From: an uncultured Holdemanella sp. | Lineage (GTDB): Bacteria; Bacillota_I; Bacilli_A; Erysipelotrichales; Erysipelotrichaceae | Assembly (NCBI RefSeq): GCF_934754935.1 | Contig: NZ_CAKVJB010000008.1 | Span: 5,591-69,590, forward strand | Direction: 5' to 3' | Length of the DNA: 64,000 bases | Shown here: positions 19,419 to 29,526 of the stretch, piece after piece | Numbering within the stretch: the first letter of the stretch is position 1 | How the letters are laid out: every line of letters begins with the position of its first letter | Program-made: the position numbers and the translations under genes | The notes under the pieces: generated by a model | What the model saw: the letters and a program-made list of their open reading frames with translations, nothing else | What the model was told of the DNA's origin: nothing | Databases searched by the model: none

Positions 19419-20003
19419 ATGATCAGTGAATTTGTGATTAGTGCTGTTGAAAAGGATCAATGGCCAGAATCTGATTTACCAGAAGTTGTTGTCGTTGGAC
19501 GTAGTAATGTTGGAAAATCAAGCTTTATTAATGCACTAACGAATAAGAAAAAACTTGCCTATGTAGGAAATACACCGGGTAAGACACGTTTAATCAATTT
19601 CTTTAAGATCGATGATACATGGATGTTGGTGGATGTTCCTGGATATGGCTATGCGAAAATGTCTAAACAAATGTTGATCAAAATGGGTAAAATGATGGAT
19701 ACATATTTTAACCAAAGAGAACAAATTTGTTGCGTTGTACAACTTGTGGATGCAAGACATGGCGCAACACATGATGATTTAGATATGATCGAAATGATTC
19801 AAAGTCTTGGAATTCAAATCGTCATTGTAGCTACAAAAGTCGATAAGATTCCTAAGACAAAACGTGTTCGTGCATTGAAAGATATTTCTCAACAGCTTCA
19901 ATTGCCAATGAAGAATATTTTCGGTATCAGTAGTACAGAAAAAACAGGTTTTGAACCTGTCTTAGAAAGAATCAATGAAATTGTAGAACAGGCTAAAAAA
20001 TAG
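19419..20003 (+). CDS. engB: Ribosome biogenesis GTPase YsxC/EngB
   Basis: GRSNVGKSS, PGKTR, DVPGYG, TKVDK; follows lon. Confidence 0.95.
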   Translation: MISEFVISAVEKDQWPESDLPEVVVVGRSNVGKSSFINALTNKKKLAYVGNTPGKTRLINFFKIDDTWMLVDVPGYGYAKMSKQMLIKMGKMMDTYFNQREQICCVVQLVDARHGATHDDLDMIEMIQSLGIQIVIVATKVDKIPKTKRVRALKDISQQLQLPMKNIFGISSTEKTGFEPVLERINEIVEQAKK

Positions 20004-20084
20004 TCTGTTCTTTTCTTGTATTACATACAAAAGATTGCGAATGTAAGTACAATGACTTATAATTAAGAAAAAGGAGCTTATTAT

Positions 20085-20390
20085 ATGTCAAAAACATCGA
20101 ATGTATATGCAAGAATTGAACCAGAAACAAAAGAACAAGCAGAAGCCATCTTGGCAAAATTAGGAATACCATCTTCTGTCGCAATTAACATGTTCTACAA
20201 TCAAATAATTTTAAATAACGGTTTACCTTTTGATGTGAAGATACCATCAAATAAAATTTTAAATGAAGCAGAAATGACAAAAGAGGAATTAGCTAAGGAG
20301 ATTTTGGCGGCTCATAATGAAGTTTTAAAAGGGAATACAATTCCTTTTGATCAATTTAATGAATCATTGAAAAAGGATCTAAAACTATGA
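20085..20390 (+). CDS. RelB/DinJ family antitoxin (no adjacent toxin)
   Basis: MSKTSNVYARIEPETKEQAEAILAKLGIPSSVAINMFYNQI...GLPF. Confidence 0.88.
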   Translation: MSKTSNVYARIEPETKEQAEAILAKLGIPSSVAINMFYNQIILNNGLPFDVKIPSNKILNEAEMTKEELAKEILAAHNEVLKGNTIPFDQFNESLKKDLKL

Positions 20391-20509
20391 ATTTAGAAAA
20401 TGGATTATAGAATAGTCTATTCTTTAAAATTGTCTAAAAGAATTGTGAGTGAAATGATTTTGGTGTATGAGTATGTTAAAATGGAAACCTAAAAAGGAGT
20501 GCTGAGCTT

Positions 20510-21388
20510 ATGAAACAAAACCCAACACCTCGTATTACAAATCTATTTATGCTGACAATTGCAGGGATTGTGAATGCCTTTGGCATTACATTATTTATGA
20601 CACCTGTGAAATTGTATGATAGTGGAATTTCTGGAACTTCTATGTTATTAGAACAAATTACACCATCCTATTTATCATTATCATTATTCTTGTTGATATT
20701 AAATATTCCTTTATTTCTTTTTGGACTCAAAAAACAAGGAAAGAAGTTCACATTTTATGCCATTTATACCGTCTTTATATATTCCTTATTCGCATGGCTT
20801 ATAACGGATGTTTTTCCAATTGATGTTAGTATTGCTTCACCACTAGCTGGTACAGATTTACTTCTTTGCGCATTATTTGGTGGCATGATTTCAGGTATAG
20901 GAAGTGGTTTGGCCATTCGTTTTGGTGGGGCTATGGATGGTATTGAAGTTATGGCAGTGATTTTCGCAAAACGTATTGGAATTACAGTAGGAACTTTTGT
21001 GATGATATATAATGTGATTCTGTATGTATTTTGCGGACTTGTATTAAATAGCTGGGTACTTCCACTTTATTCTGTGGTTGCGTATTCAGCGGCATTAAAA
21101 ACAATTGATTTTGTCGTTGAAGGTATTGATCGAGCTAAATGTGCAATGATTGTAACGGAGTATCCAACCGAAATCTGTGAAGCATTAAGTGAAACATTTG
21201 AAAGTGGTGTAACTCGAGTGGATGCCACGGGTGGTTATTCAAAACGACCTAAATCCATTGTCTATTTTGTAGTTAATCGTTACCAAGTCAATCGCATGAA
21301 AGAACAAGTTCATGAAATCGATTCTGGTGCTTATATTATCATGAGTGAAGTGGCAGATATCTTTTCAAATAATATGGATAAAGTATAA
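20510..21388 (+). CDS. YitT family membrane protein
   Basis: DSGISG, LNIPLF, GGAMDG, C-terminal GGYS...HEID. Confidence 0.88.
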   Translation: MKQNPTPRITNLFMLTIAGIVNAFGITLFMTPVKLYDSGISGTSMLLEQITPSYLSLSLFLLILNIPLFLFGLKKQGKKFTFYAIYTVFIYSLFAWLITDVFPIDVSIASPLAGTDLLLCALFGGMISGIGSGLAIRFGGAMDGIEVMAVIFAKRIGITVGTFVMIYNVILYVFCGLVLNSWVLPLYSVVAYSAALKTIDFVVEGIDRAKCAMIVTEYPTEICEALSETFESGVTRVDATGGYSKRPKSIVYFVVNRYQVNRMKEQVHEIDSGAYIIMSEVADIFSNNMDKV

Positions 21389-21403
21389 AGAAAAGTGGGG
21401 GAA

Positions 21404-23308
21404 TTAAATTTCCTCCACTTGTTTAGTCCATAGACTTCTTGATGCATCACTTGGCATTCTCCAATCACCTCTAGGTGAGAAACAAATAGATCCAACCTTA
21501 ACACCATCTGGCATACAGTTTCTTTTGAATTGTTGCGTAAAGAAACGATTATAGAATGTTGTGATGGCTTTTTTAATTGTTTCCTTTTCTACATCTTTGA
21601 ATGCAACACAAGCCAAATCATAGATTTTCTTAGGTTCATCATGATGTCTTAACATTTGATATAAGAAGAAATCATGAAGATCATAAGATCCTAATACTTC
21701 TTCTGTTTTTTGCGCAATCTTACCATTTTTATCTGGCGGTAAAAGCTCTGGGGATACTGGTGTATCACAAATATCCATCAATACATCATGTAATACTTCA
21801 TCTTTTAAGGCTACACTTTCAACAATATAGCGAACAAGTGTTTTAGGAACACTCGCATTAACTGCATACATACTCATGTGATCCCCATTATATGTACACC
21901 ATCCTAAGGCAAGTTCACTTAAATCTCCAGTACCTACTACGATCGCATTATAGGCATTGCTTAAATCCATAAGAATTTGTGTTCTTTCACGAGCCTGAGA
22001 GTTTTCATACGTAATATTATGAACTTCTGGATTATGGTGAATATCTTTAAAGTGTTGATTTACACCATCCACGATAGAAATTTCTTCACTAGATACATGA
22101 AGAAGATCCATTAAGATTTGCGCATTAGATTTAGTACGTTTTGTTGTTCCAAAACCAGGCATTGTGATCGCATGAATTCCTTTTGAATCATAATTATTGA
22201 TTTTAAAGGCTTCATGACATACAAGTAAAGCTAAAGTAGAATCCAAACCACCACTAATTCCAATCACAACATCTTTACAGTGAATTTTAGAAAGACGTGT
22301 TGCCAAGCCTTGAGCTTGAATGTGTAAGATTTCTAAACAACGCGTAATCCTTTCATCTTGATTGTTTGGAACAAAAGGATAAGCATCGATATAGCGGTCA
22401 AATTCAATTTCTTCAATTGGTTTTGATGCGAATTCTACGGTTATATAGTTTACATGGAATAAATCTTGCCTGCTTGTTTTATAATGTAGACGATCATGAT
22501 TTAAGTGATCTAAATCAATTTGACCATAAATGATTTTATCTGTTTTAGTCTCATTTAAAATGGCCCCATTTTCACAAATTAAATTATGTCCAGAAAAAAC
22601 TAAATCACTTGAACTTTCTGTAGGTCCTGCACTGGCATATATATAGCCAGCATAACATTTAGCACTTTGATCTTTGACTAGATTTCTTCTGTAGTTCGCT
22701 TTTGAAATGATTTCATTTGAAGCACTAACATTACATAATACATTGGCTCCTGCTAGTGCATGCGTTGAACTTACAGGAATGGTTACCCATAGATCTTCAC
22801 AGATTTCAACACCTAAACAAGCAGATGTAGTTGTATCTTTAAATACAATATGATTTGAAACAGGAACCTTTTTGTTGTTGAAGTTAAAAGTTGTGTTTTC
22901 TTTTAGTTCACTCGCACTTGAGAACCATCTTGTTTCATAGAATTCGTTATAGCTAGGAATATATGTTTTTACTTGAATGCCTAGAATGTCATGGTTGAAA
23001 CAAATGGCCGCACAATTATAAAGCTTATTATCAATTTCTAAAGGTAAGCCTAAGACTGCAACTATATTTTCTGGTAGTTCTTCTACAATTTCAAATAGAA
23101 CTTGTTTTGCTTTATTTAATAATGTATGTTCATAGAATAGATCCTGACATGTATATCCTGTAATACATAGTTCTGGAAATATGACAAGTTGTGTATCTGA
23201 ATCTAATTCTTGGATACATTTTAAAATTTCTTCTTTATTAGCCTGTGGATCTCCAATTGAAACATTTGGCGTACAGGCAGCTGTTTTATAATATGAATAA
23301 CGATGCAT
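21404..23308 (-). CDS. nadE: Glutamine-dependent NAD(+) synthetase
   Basis: Nitrilase domain FPELC/K/EICEDLW plus SGGLDST, ENSQARER, FKR..SPRGDW. Confidence 0.95.
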   Translation of the reverse strand: MHRYSYYKTAACTPNVSIGDPQANKEEILKCIQELDSDTQLVIFPELCITGYTCQDLFYEHTLLNKAKQVLFEIVEELPENIVAVLGLPLEIDNKLYNCAAICFNHDILGIQVKTYIPSYNEFYETRWFSSASELKENTTFNFNNKKVPVSNHIVFKDTTTSACLGVEICEDLWVTIPVSSTHALAGANVLCNVSASNEIISKANYRRNLVKDQSAKCYAGYIYASAGPTESSSDLVFSGHNLICENGAILNETKTDKIIYGQIDLDHLNHDRLHYKTSRQDLFHVNYITVEFASKPIEEIEFDRYIDAYPFVPNNQDERITRCLEILHIQAQGLATRLSKIHCKDVVIGISGGLDSTLALLVCHEAFKINNYDSKGIHAITMPGFGTTKRTKSNAQILMDLLHVSSEEISIVDGVNQHFKDIHHNPEVHNITYENSQARERTQILMDLSNAYNAIVVGTGDLSELALGWCTYNGDHMSMYAVNASVPKTLVRYIVESVALKDEVLHDVLMDICDTPVSPELLPPDKNGKIAQKTEEVLGSYDLHDFFLYQMLRHHDEPKKIYDLACVAFKDVEKETIKKAITTFYNRFFTQQFKRNCMPDGVKVGSICFSPRGDWRMPSDASRSLWTKQVEEI

Positions 23309-23340
23309 GTTGATACCTCATTTCCATTGAAAATTATACC

Positions 23341-23371
23341 AAAAAAAGACGTCCATTTTAAGGACGTCTTT
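23341..23371 (-). terminator. Terminator after hydrogenase gene
   Basis: AAAGACGTCC-atttta-aGGACGTCTTT with A run on the left (U tract on minus strand). Confidence 0.75.
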
Positions 23372-23373
23372 GA

Positions 23374-24891
23374 TTATTGTTCACTAAGTTCGTGAAGACG
23401 ATCTCCGTATGCAGATTCGTCTGCATCCTTCTTATCGTTTTCAGTCGCATATTTTTTAACTAATGCACTTGATTTGTTGATTGGTTGTAAAGTTCCGGCA
23501 CCAGCCACACATCCACCAGGACATGCCATACCTTCAAGTAGGTATCCGTTTAATCTTCCGGCTTTTGCCATCATCAACATTGTCTTACAATTCTTTAATC
23601 CTTCTGCAGCCTGAACTTTTACTTCTGTTCCAGGGTGTTCTTTTTGAATCAAATCTTTAACAGCTTTGGCAACACCACCACTAACGGCAAATCCACGACC
23701 TGCATTTGTTCCTTCAGTCAATGGATCTGAAGTTGTGATTTGATCTAATTCAATACCTTTCGCATTAAACATACCCATAACTTCTTCAAAAGTTAATACG
23801 AAATCAACATCACTACGGATTGATTTACGGCTTGCTTCCAATTTCTTAGCAGCACAAGGACCGATGAATACAACTTTTGCGTTTGGTTTTTCTTTTTTGA
23901 TCAAACGACCTGTTAATACCATTGGAGTTAATGCCATTGAAATATATGGTGCAAAGTCAGGGAAGTTTTTCTTCGCCATAACTGACCATGCAGGACAGCA
24001 ACTTGTAGCCATAAATGGTTGTTTTTCAGGAACTTTGTCTAAGAAGTCTTCAGCTTCTTCAATTGTACATAAGTCAGCACCAATCGCAACTTCAACAACA
24101 TCCGCAAAACCTACAGCTTTTAATGCAGCTTTTACTTTGTCTGGAGTTACAGCTGGACCAAATTGACCAACGAAAGCAGGGGCAACAGCGGCAATTACTT
24201 CATAACCTTCTTTCATGGCATAAATTGTTTGGAAAATTTGTCCTTTATCAACAATAGCACCAAATGGGCAGTTAACTAGACACATTCCACAGCTAACACA
24301 TTTATCGTAATCGATTTCTGCTTTTCCATCTGCATCGGATTTGATCGCATCCATACCACAGCTTGCAGCACAAGGACGTTCTAATTTTGTGATTGCGTGA
24401 TAAGGACATGCATCCATACAACGTCCACACTTAATACATTTTTCTTGGTCAATGCAGCTTTTACCATTTACGATATGAATCGCATCTTTTGGACAAACTT
24501 CTGTACATTGGTGTGATAAACATCCTTGACAAGCGTTTGTTACGAAAACTTTCTTTTCAGGACATGCATTACATGCGAATTTAATAATATTGATCAGTGG
24601 ATCGTCATAGTATTTTTTAGCAATCGTACTTTCTTCAATTCCATCAGAAATATTAGTATATTCAGTAATGTCACGAACAGGTAAACCCATTCCTAAGCGT
24701 AATCTTTCACCAATAATTGCACGTTCTAGAAAGATACTTTCACGATATTTTGCTTTAGTACCAGGTAAAATTTCATATGGAATCTCTTCCATACGTTTCG
24801 AATAATCTGTATTGTCATCGTATGCCATTGAAGCGATGGCAGTAAAGACCTGACGACGAAGGTCAGTTACCGAGTTATAAATTCCTCTCAT
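23374..24891 (-). CDS. Monomeric [FeFe]-hydrogenase with 4Fe-4S ferredoxin domains (group B-like)
   Basis: H-cluster motifs TSCCPAW, GPCAAKKLEA, EGMACPGGCVAGAG; CxxCxxCxxxCP clusters. Confidence 0.9.
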   Translation of the reverse strand: MRGIYNSVTDLRRQVFTAIASMAYDDNTDYSKRMEEIPYEILPGTKAKYRESIFLERAIIGERLRLGMGLPVRDITEYTNISDGIEESTIAKKYYDDPLINIIKFACNACPEKKVFVTNACQGCLSHQCTEVCPKDAIHIVNGKSCIDQEKCIKCGRCMDACPYHAITKLERPCAASCGMDAIKSDADGKAEIDYDKCVSCGMCLVNCPFGAIVDKGQIFQTIYAMKEGYEVIAAVAPAFVGQFGPAVTPDKVKAALKAVGFADVVEVAIGADLCTIEEAEDFLDKVPEKQPFMATSCCPAWSVMAKKNFPDFAPYISMALTPMVLTGRLIKKEKPNAKVVFIGPCAAKKLEASRKSIRSDVDFVLTFEEVMGMFNAKGIELDQITTSDPLTEGTNAGRGFAVSGGVAKAVKDLIQKEHPGTEVKVQAAEGLKNCKTMLMMAKAGRLNGYLLEGMACPGGCVAGAGTLQPINKSSALVKKYATENDKKDADESAYGDRLHELSEQ

Positions 24892-25028
24892 ATTTCCTCC
24901 TATTTTTATTCCTCATATAGACTCATACAATATTATATAGTAAAAAGTCTATTTGTGAAAGTTTTAATTAGTATAAAGTGTTATTATTTTTTCCTAATAG
25001 TGATATAATACCGAGCGAGGTGAATTGT

Positions 25029-25670
25029 TTGGTAAAAATTGTATGGGATTGGAACGGAACTTTGTTAGATGATGTTGATTTATGTTTTTCATGTATCAAT
25101 CGACTTTTAGTCAATCATGAACTACAGCCGTTAAGCACTTTAAATCAATATCGAGAAGTATTTACATTTCCAATAGAGGATTATTATAAAAGGGTTGGCT
25201 TTGATTTTGATAAAATACCTTTTTCCATATTGGCTCACGAATATATGGAGGATTATCAAGAAAAAAGTTATAGTTGCGACTTGCATTCAGATGTATTGGA
25301 TGTTGTAAAAAAGGCTAAGCATTTAGGCTTTTCACAAACCGTACTTTCTGCAAGTAAGATGGATTATCTTCTAAGACAAATGCAAAATTTAAATGTAGAT
25401 ACTTTATTTGATTCAATTTATGGAATCAATGATATTTATGCGAAAAGTAAAGTGGAATTAGCTCATGCGTTTAAACAAACATGTAACCTGGATGATGAAA
25501 TTTATTTTGTAGGTGATAGCGTGCATGATTATGAAGTCGCAAAAAGTATTGATGCCAAGTGTATCTTGGTAACAACGGGGCATCAAAATCGTAAGACTTT
25601 AGAAAGTGTGAATGTACCGGTTATGGACAGTTTAATGGAAAGTTTGGATTTTATTTATGAAAGAGATTAA
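25029..25670 (+). CDS. HAD family hydrolase (phosphoglycolate-phosphatase-like)
   Basis: WDWNGTL, LSAS, VGDSVHD; TTG start after GAGGTG. Confidence 0.85.
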   Translation: MVKIVWDWNGTLLDDVDLCFSCINRLLVNHELQPLSTLNQYREVFTFPIEDYYKRVGFDFDKIPFSILAHEYMEDYQEKSYSCDLHSDVLDVVKKAKHLGFSQTVLSASKMDYLLRQMQNLNVDTLFDSIYGINDIYAKSKVELAHAFKQTCNLDDEIYFVGDSVHDYEVAKSIDAKCILVTTGHQNRKTLESVNVPVMDSLMESLDFIYERD

Positions 25671-26544
25671 GATCAATTCAAATGATGCGAATCAAAGATT
25701 AGATAAGTTTTTAATGAAAACTTTTCCTAAACTAGGCAAGTCAATGATGTATAAGGCGATTCGAAATAAAAAAATCAAGGTGAATCGTAAGCGTTGTACT
25801 TTTGATCAGAAAATCCAGGAAAACGATAGTATTTTATTGTTTTTACCTCCGGATGTTTTAGAAGAGAAAAAAGTGGAAACAAATTATATATCATCAAAGT
25901 TAGATGTCATTTATGAAGATGAAAACATCTTGATTGTGAATAAGCCATACGGCTTATTGTCACAGAGTGATCAAAGCCAAAATCAAGATTGTCTAGTCAA
26001 TCGTGTACAAGCATATTTAATGGAGAAAAACGAATATGATCCAAATAAGGAACATTCTTTTGCGCCTAGTATTTGTCATAGATTAGATCGAAATACAACA
26101 GGTCTAGTGATTGCTGCAAAAAATGCGAATGCGTTAAGAAAAGTAAATGAGGCAATCGCAAATCGTAAGATCCAGAAAATGTATCGTGCACATGTTTACG
26201 GTACTTTTAATCAAAAAGATTTTAGTATGTGTTATTACATTCGCAAAGAAAATACGATTGCGAAAGTAAGTGATAAAAAATTAGAGGGCTATCAAAAAGC
26301 ATTAATGGATGTACATGTTGAAAGTGATGATGGCGAGAATTCAATTTGTACAATCACTCTTCATACAGGAAGATTTCATCAGATTCGTGCTCTAATGGGA
26401 CATATACAGCATCCTTTGTTAGGTGATGTAAAATATGGATATCATGGAAAGAAAAGGCCGGTAGAATTGATGGCATATCGGTTAGAGTTTCAGGATATTG
26501 ATTTACCACTTTCACAAATGGTGTTTGAAATTCCAAGAGCATAG
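25657..26544 (+). CDS. RluA family pseudouridine synthase with S4 domain
   Basis: QRLDKFL, NKPYG, HRLDRNTTG, TGRFHQIR. Confidence 0.92.
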   Translation: MKEIKINSNDANQRLDKFLMKTFPKLGKSMMYKAIRNKKIKVNRKRCTFDQKIQENDSILLFLPPDVLEEKKVETNYISSKLDVIYEDENILIVNKPYGLLSQSDQSQNQDCLVNRVQAYLMEKNEYDPNKEHSFAPSICHRLDRNTTGLVIAAKNANALRKVNEAIANRKIQKMYRAHVYGTFNQKDFSMCYYIRKENTIAKVSDKKLEGYQKALMDVHVESDDGENSICTITLHTGRFHQIRALMGHIQHPLLGDVKYGYHGKKRPVELMAYRLEFQDIDLPLSQMVFEIPRA

Positions 26545-26553
26545 TGGGAGGAT

Positions 26554-27756
26554 ATGAATATGCAAGAATATCGATATTTATTAGATATTGCCTTAATTTT
26601 ATTAATGACAAAAGCCTTTGGACTTTTTTCTCGTCGATTACGTATGCCATCTGTAGTAGGTGCATTGATCGCAGGAATTGTTTTAGGGCCTGCGGTATTA
26701 AATATAGTTGAGCCAAGTAAGTTAATTGAATCTTTATCGGAAATTGGTGTTATCGTCTTAATGTTTGCGGCTGGTCTTGAAACAAGCATTACAGATTTAA
26801 AGAAAGCAGGACTAAAAGCATTTATTATTGCGACACTTGGTGTGTTGGTTCCATTAGCTGTTGGATACGTGGTTGGTGGATTCTATAATGTTGGGCCAGA
26901 TGCATGGTTACACAACTTATTCTTAGGTGTTATTTTAACAGCTACAAGTGTTGGTATTACGGTAGAAACATTAAAAGAAATGGGATGTATGTCTACAGAA
27001 AGTGGAAATGCGATTCTAGCAGCCGCTGTCATTGATGATGTTTTAGGTATTATTTGTTTAACATTAGTAACAGGTATGGCTGATAGTTCAGTTAATATTG
27101 GTGTTGTTATGTTTAAAATCTTATTGTTCTTTGTGTTTGCCGTTGTTGTAGGAGTTATTTTACACAAAGTATTCTCATGGTGGTTTGAACATGATTCATG
27201 TGGTGGACTACAAAGATATTCAATTGTGTCTTTTGCGTTCGCATTGATTATGGCCTTCTGTTCAGAAGCCTTCTTTGGTGTTGCAGATATCACTGGTAGT
27301 TTTGTGGCTGGTTTGATTCTTTCAGGTACAAGACAATGTGATTATGTCACAAAACGTATTTCAACATTATCTTATATGTTGATTACACCTGTATTCTTTG
27401 CGAGTATTGGATTAAAACTTTCTCCAATCACATGGAATGCCAAACTTATTGAGTTAGTTATTGTATTATGTGTGGTTGCCGTTTTGACAAAAATTGTTGG
27501 ATGTGGTTTAGGTGCTATTGTATGTAAATATACACCTATACAAGCTATTCGTATTGGATGTGGTATGATTAGTCGTGGAGAAGTTGCCTTAATTGTCGCA
27601 AATAAAGGTATGGCATTAGGTATTTTACCTGAAGTCTTTGTGACTCCAGTATTATTGTGTGTCGTATTCACAACGGTTATTACACCAATCTTATTAAAAA
27701 TCGTATACAAAAAGAAACCAAATGATGCAGATTTTGTACAAACTGCAAAATGTTAA
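26554..27756 (+). CDS. Cation:proton antiporter (CPA2/NapA-like)
   Basis: AGLETS, TATSVGIT, AAVIDD, MISRGEVALI. Confidence 0.9.
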   Translation: MNMQEYRYLLDIALILLMTKAFGLFSRRLRMPSVVGALIAGIVLGPAVLNIVEPSKLIESLSEIGVIVLMFAAGLETSITDLKKAGLKAFIIATLGVLVPLAVGYVVGGFYNVGPDAWLHNLFLGVILTATSVGITVETLKEMGCMSTESGNAILAAAVIDDVLGIICLTLVTGMADSSVNIGVVMFKILLFFVFAVVVGVILHKVFSWWFEHDSCGGLQRYSIVSFAFALIMAFCSEAFFGVADITGSFVAGLILSGTRQCDYVTKRISTLSYMLITPVFFASIGLKLSPITWNAKLIELVIVLCVVAVLTKIVGCGLGAIVCKYTPIQAIRIGCGMISRGEVALIVANKGMALGILPEVFVTPVLLCVVFTTVITPILLKIVYKKKPNDADFVQTAKC

Positions 27757-27761
27757 TATTA

Positions 27762-27787
27762 TTTTCACATTGAGTCTTTATACTGAA
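27762..27787 (+). promoter_or_regulatory. TTTTCACATTG-N6-TATACT-GAA promoter motif (copy 1)
   Basis: Same motif and spacing as at 43504-43529. Confidence 0.55.
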
Positions 27788-27790
27788 AGT

Positions 27791-28270
27791 ATGAAGACTC
27801 TTTTATTTATGTTTATAATTACATTTTTAATAAAACCAATTCAACTATCGACTGTTTATTTCGTTTTATTCTTGTATTTTCTTGCCAAAAAAGACTATGA
27901 AACGATGTATATTGAAAAGTATTGGATTTTTCCATCGATACTTCTTTTATTCTTTTGTTCAAGTTATGTGCCATTATTAAATCGAGTCTGTACAAGTCTA
28001 GTTTTTCTTTTTGTTAGCGGAACAATTAAATTGATTAAATCCGATTGGATTGGCAGTGCCGATGTGTGTTATTTAAGTTTTTTTGGATTTTATTTGGGCA
28101 TAGAAAGAATGCTTGTAGCTTTATATATTAGTGTTTTACTTGGAATACTTTGGATTTTATATAAAAAAAAGCATATCCTTCCCTATATATCGTGTTTGGC
28201 AATTGGTGTATGGATTGCCGTTTTGAAAGGATATACGATTTTCTATTTTCTAATGAATCTTTTTTCTTGA
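27791..28270 (+). CDS. Prepilin peptidase-like (A24/ComC-like) membrane protein
   Basis: Aspartate motifs KKDYETMYI and IGSADV; C-terminal LPYISCL; hydrophobic. Confidence 0.65.
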   Translation: MKTLLFMFIITFLIKPIQLSTVYFVLFLYFLAKKDYETMYIEKYWIFPSILLLFFCSSYVPLLNRVCTSLVFLFVSGTIKLIKSDWIGSADVCYLSFFGFYLGIERMLVALYISVLLGILWILYKKKHILPYISCLAIGVWIAVLKGYTIFYFLMNLFS

Positions 28271-29034
28271 GGACAAGTAATATCTACATCATTAAATTGA
28301 ATATGATGACTTTGAAGTAAAAGTCCTGTATTATCAATTTTTTTACCTCCATATAGAGAATCGTTTAAAATGGGATGGTTCAAAGAAGCACATTGAACAC
28401 GGATTTGATGTTTTCTTCCGGTAAGAATCGTTACTTGAATTAATGAACAATCTTTATAATTTTTAAGTGTATTAAATATTGAAACACTTTCTTTTCCATT
28501 TGGATGAATGATCATTTTCTTGGCATTATGACGATCTCTTGCAATATTTGAAATGATCTTTTTATTTTTATAATTTGTATGACCTTGTACTAAGGCAATA
28601 TATTCTTTTTTTATATGGTGCTCTTCCATATTTTTATCGCAATATGCCTGAAAGAATGGATGCTTACAAAATAACACCAAACCACTTGTTTCATAGTCAA
28701 TTCGATGGATAGCTTGAGCTGGATATTTGTTTTGGTTTAATTGTAAATATCCATTGACTCGAGCTTGTAGAGTGTCTTGGTTGTTTCCATCATCGTGAAC
28801 CAATAAAAATGGAGGTTTAAAGGCTACAATCAAAAATGTATTTTCGTATAAAATGTCAACCGGTTCATAATTTATTTCAACATCTTTTTCTGGGTAATTA
28901 AAATAAATCGTCTTTTTCTCTTCATCTATTTTAAGATGCTTTTTATGTGTTTTTGAAATATAAAAAGTCTCAAAGATTTCTTGAGAAGTTGTTGTATAGC
29001 GCATGTAGTTTTCATTTATATTTTTTATGAGCAT
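28243..29034 (-). CDS. RluA family pseudouridine synthase
   Basis: FKPPFLLVH, HRIDYETSG, TGRKHQIRV; true start may be downstream (ATG at 29004). Confidence 0.88.
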   Translation of the reverse strand: MLIKNINENYMRYTTTSQEIFETFYISKTHKKHLKIDEEKKTIYFNYPEKDVEINYEPVDILYENTFLIVAFKPPFLLVHDDGNNQDTLQARVNGYLQLNQNKYPAQAIHRIDYETSGLVLFCKHPFFQAYCDKNMEEHHIKKEYIALVQGHTNYKNKKIISNIARDRHNAKKMIIHPNGKESVSIFNTLKNYKDCSLIQVTILTGRKHQIRVQCASLNHPILNDSLYGGKKIDNTGLLLQSHHIQFNDVDITCPQEKRFIRK

Positions 29035-29095
29035 ATCAATAGAATATTTTAATGATGCGTGTCATAATGTCAATAGAAGAACAGGAGGAATACTT

Positions 29096-29464
29096 ATGAA
29101 AATCTTTAAAAATTTAGAAAACGGTAGTGTTGTTGAAGGATTGTTGATGGATGTTGTTCCTAATGGGTATCGTGAATTAAAAGCGGGTGAAGTGGATGCG
29201 GCACAAGAAAAACATGTTCCACAAGTAAGTGTAGAAGATAATAAACTTAAAGTTGTAGTTGGAAGTGTTGAACATCCAATGTTAGAAGCACACTATATCA
29301 CAAATATCTGGGTTGAATATAGTGATGGAACTGTGGATCGTGCAGGACTAGTACCAGGAATGAAACCAGAATATGTTTTCGATCCAAAAGGAAGAACAGG
29401 TAAGGTGACTGTGTATGAGTATTGTAACTTGCATGGTTTGTGGAAAAATGAAATAGAATTGTAA
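29096..29464 (+). CDS. Superoxide reductase (desulfoferrodoxin family)
   Basis: EKHVP, HPMLEAHYI, CNLHGLW centre-II ligands; ATG after AGGAGG. Confidence 0.9.
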   Translation: MKIFKNLENGSVVEGLLMDVVPNGYRELKAGEVDAAQEKHVPQVSVEDNKLKVVVGSVEHPMLEAHYITNIWVEYSDGTVDRAGLVPGMKPEYVFDPKGRTGKVTVYEYCNLHGLWKNEIEL

Positions 29465-29483
29465 CGAAAATGTAAAAATGATG

Positions 29484-29520
29484 ACAGATTGTTGAAAAAA
29501 ACAATCTGTTTTTTTATAAT
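29484..29520 (+). promoter_or_regulatory. Terminator hairpin overlapping a promoter for the CLC gene
   Basis: ACAGATTGTT..AACAATCTGT+T run; TTGAAA(29492-29497)-17-TATAAT(29515-29520). Confidence 0.7.
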
Positions 29521-29526
29521 AAGTTT

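Noticed and set aside
24953..24970. Rex box upstream of hydrogenase
   Set aside because: Only the left half (TTGTGAA) matches, and it coincides with the -35; too weak
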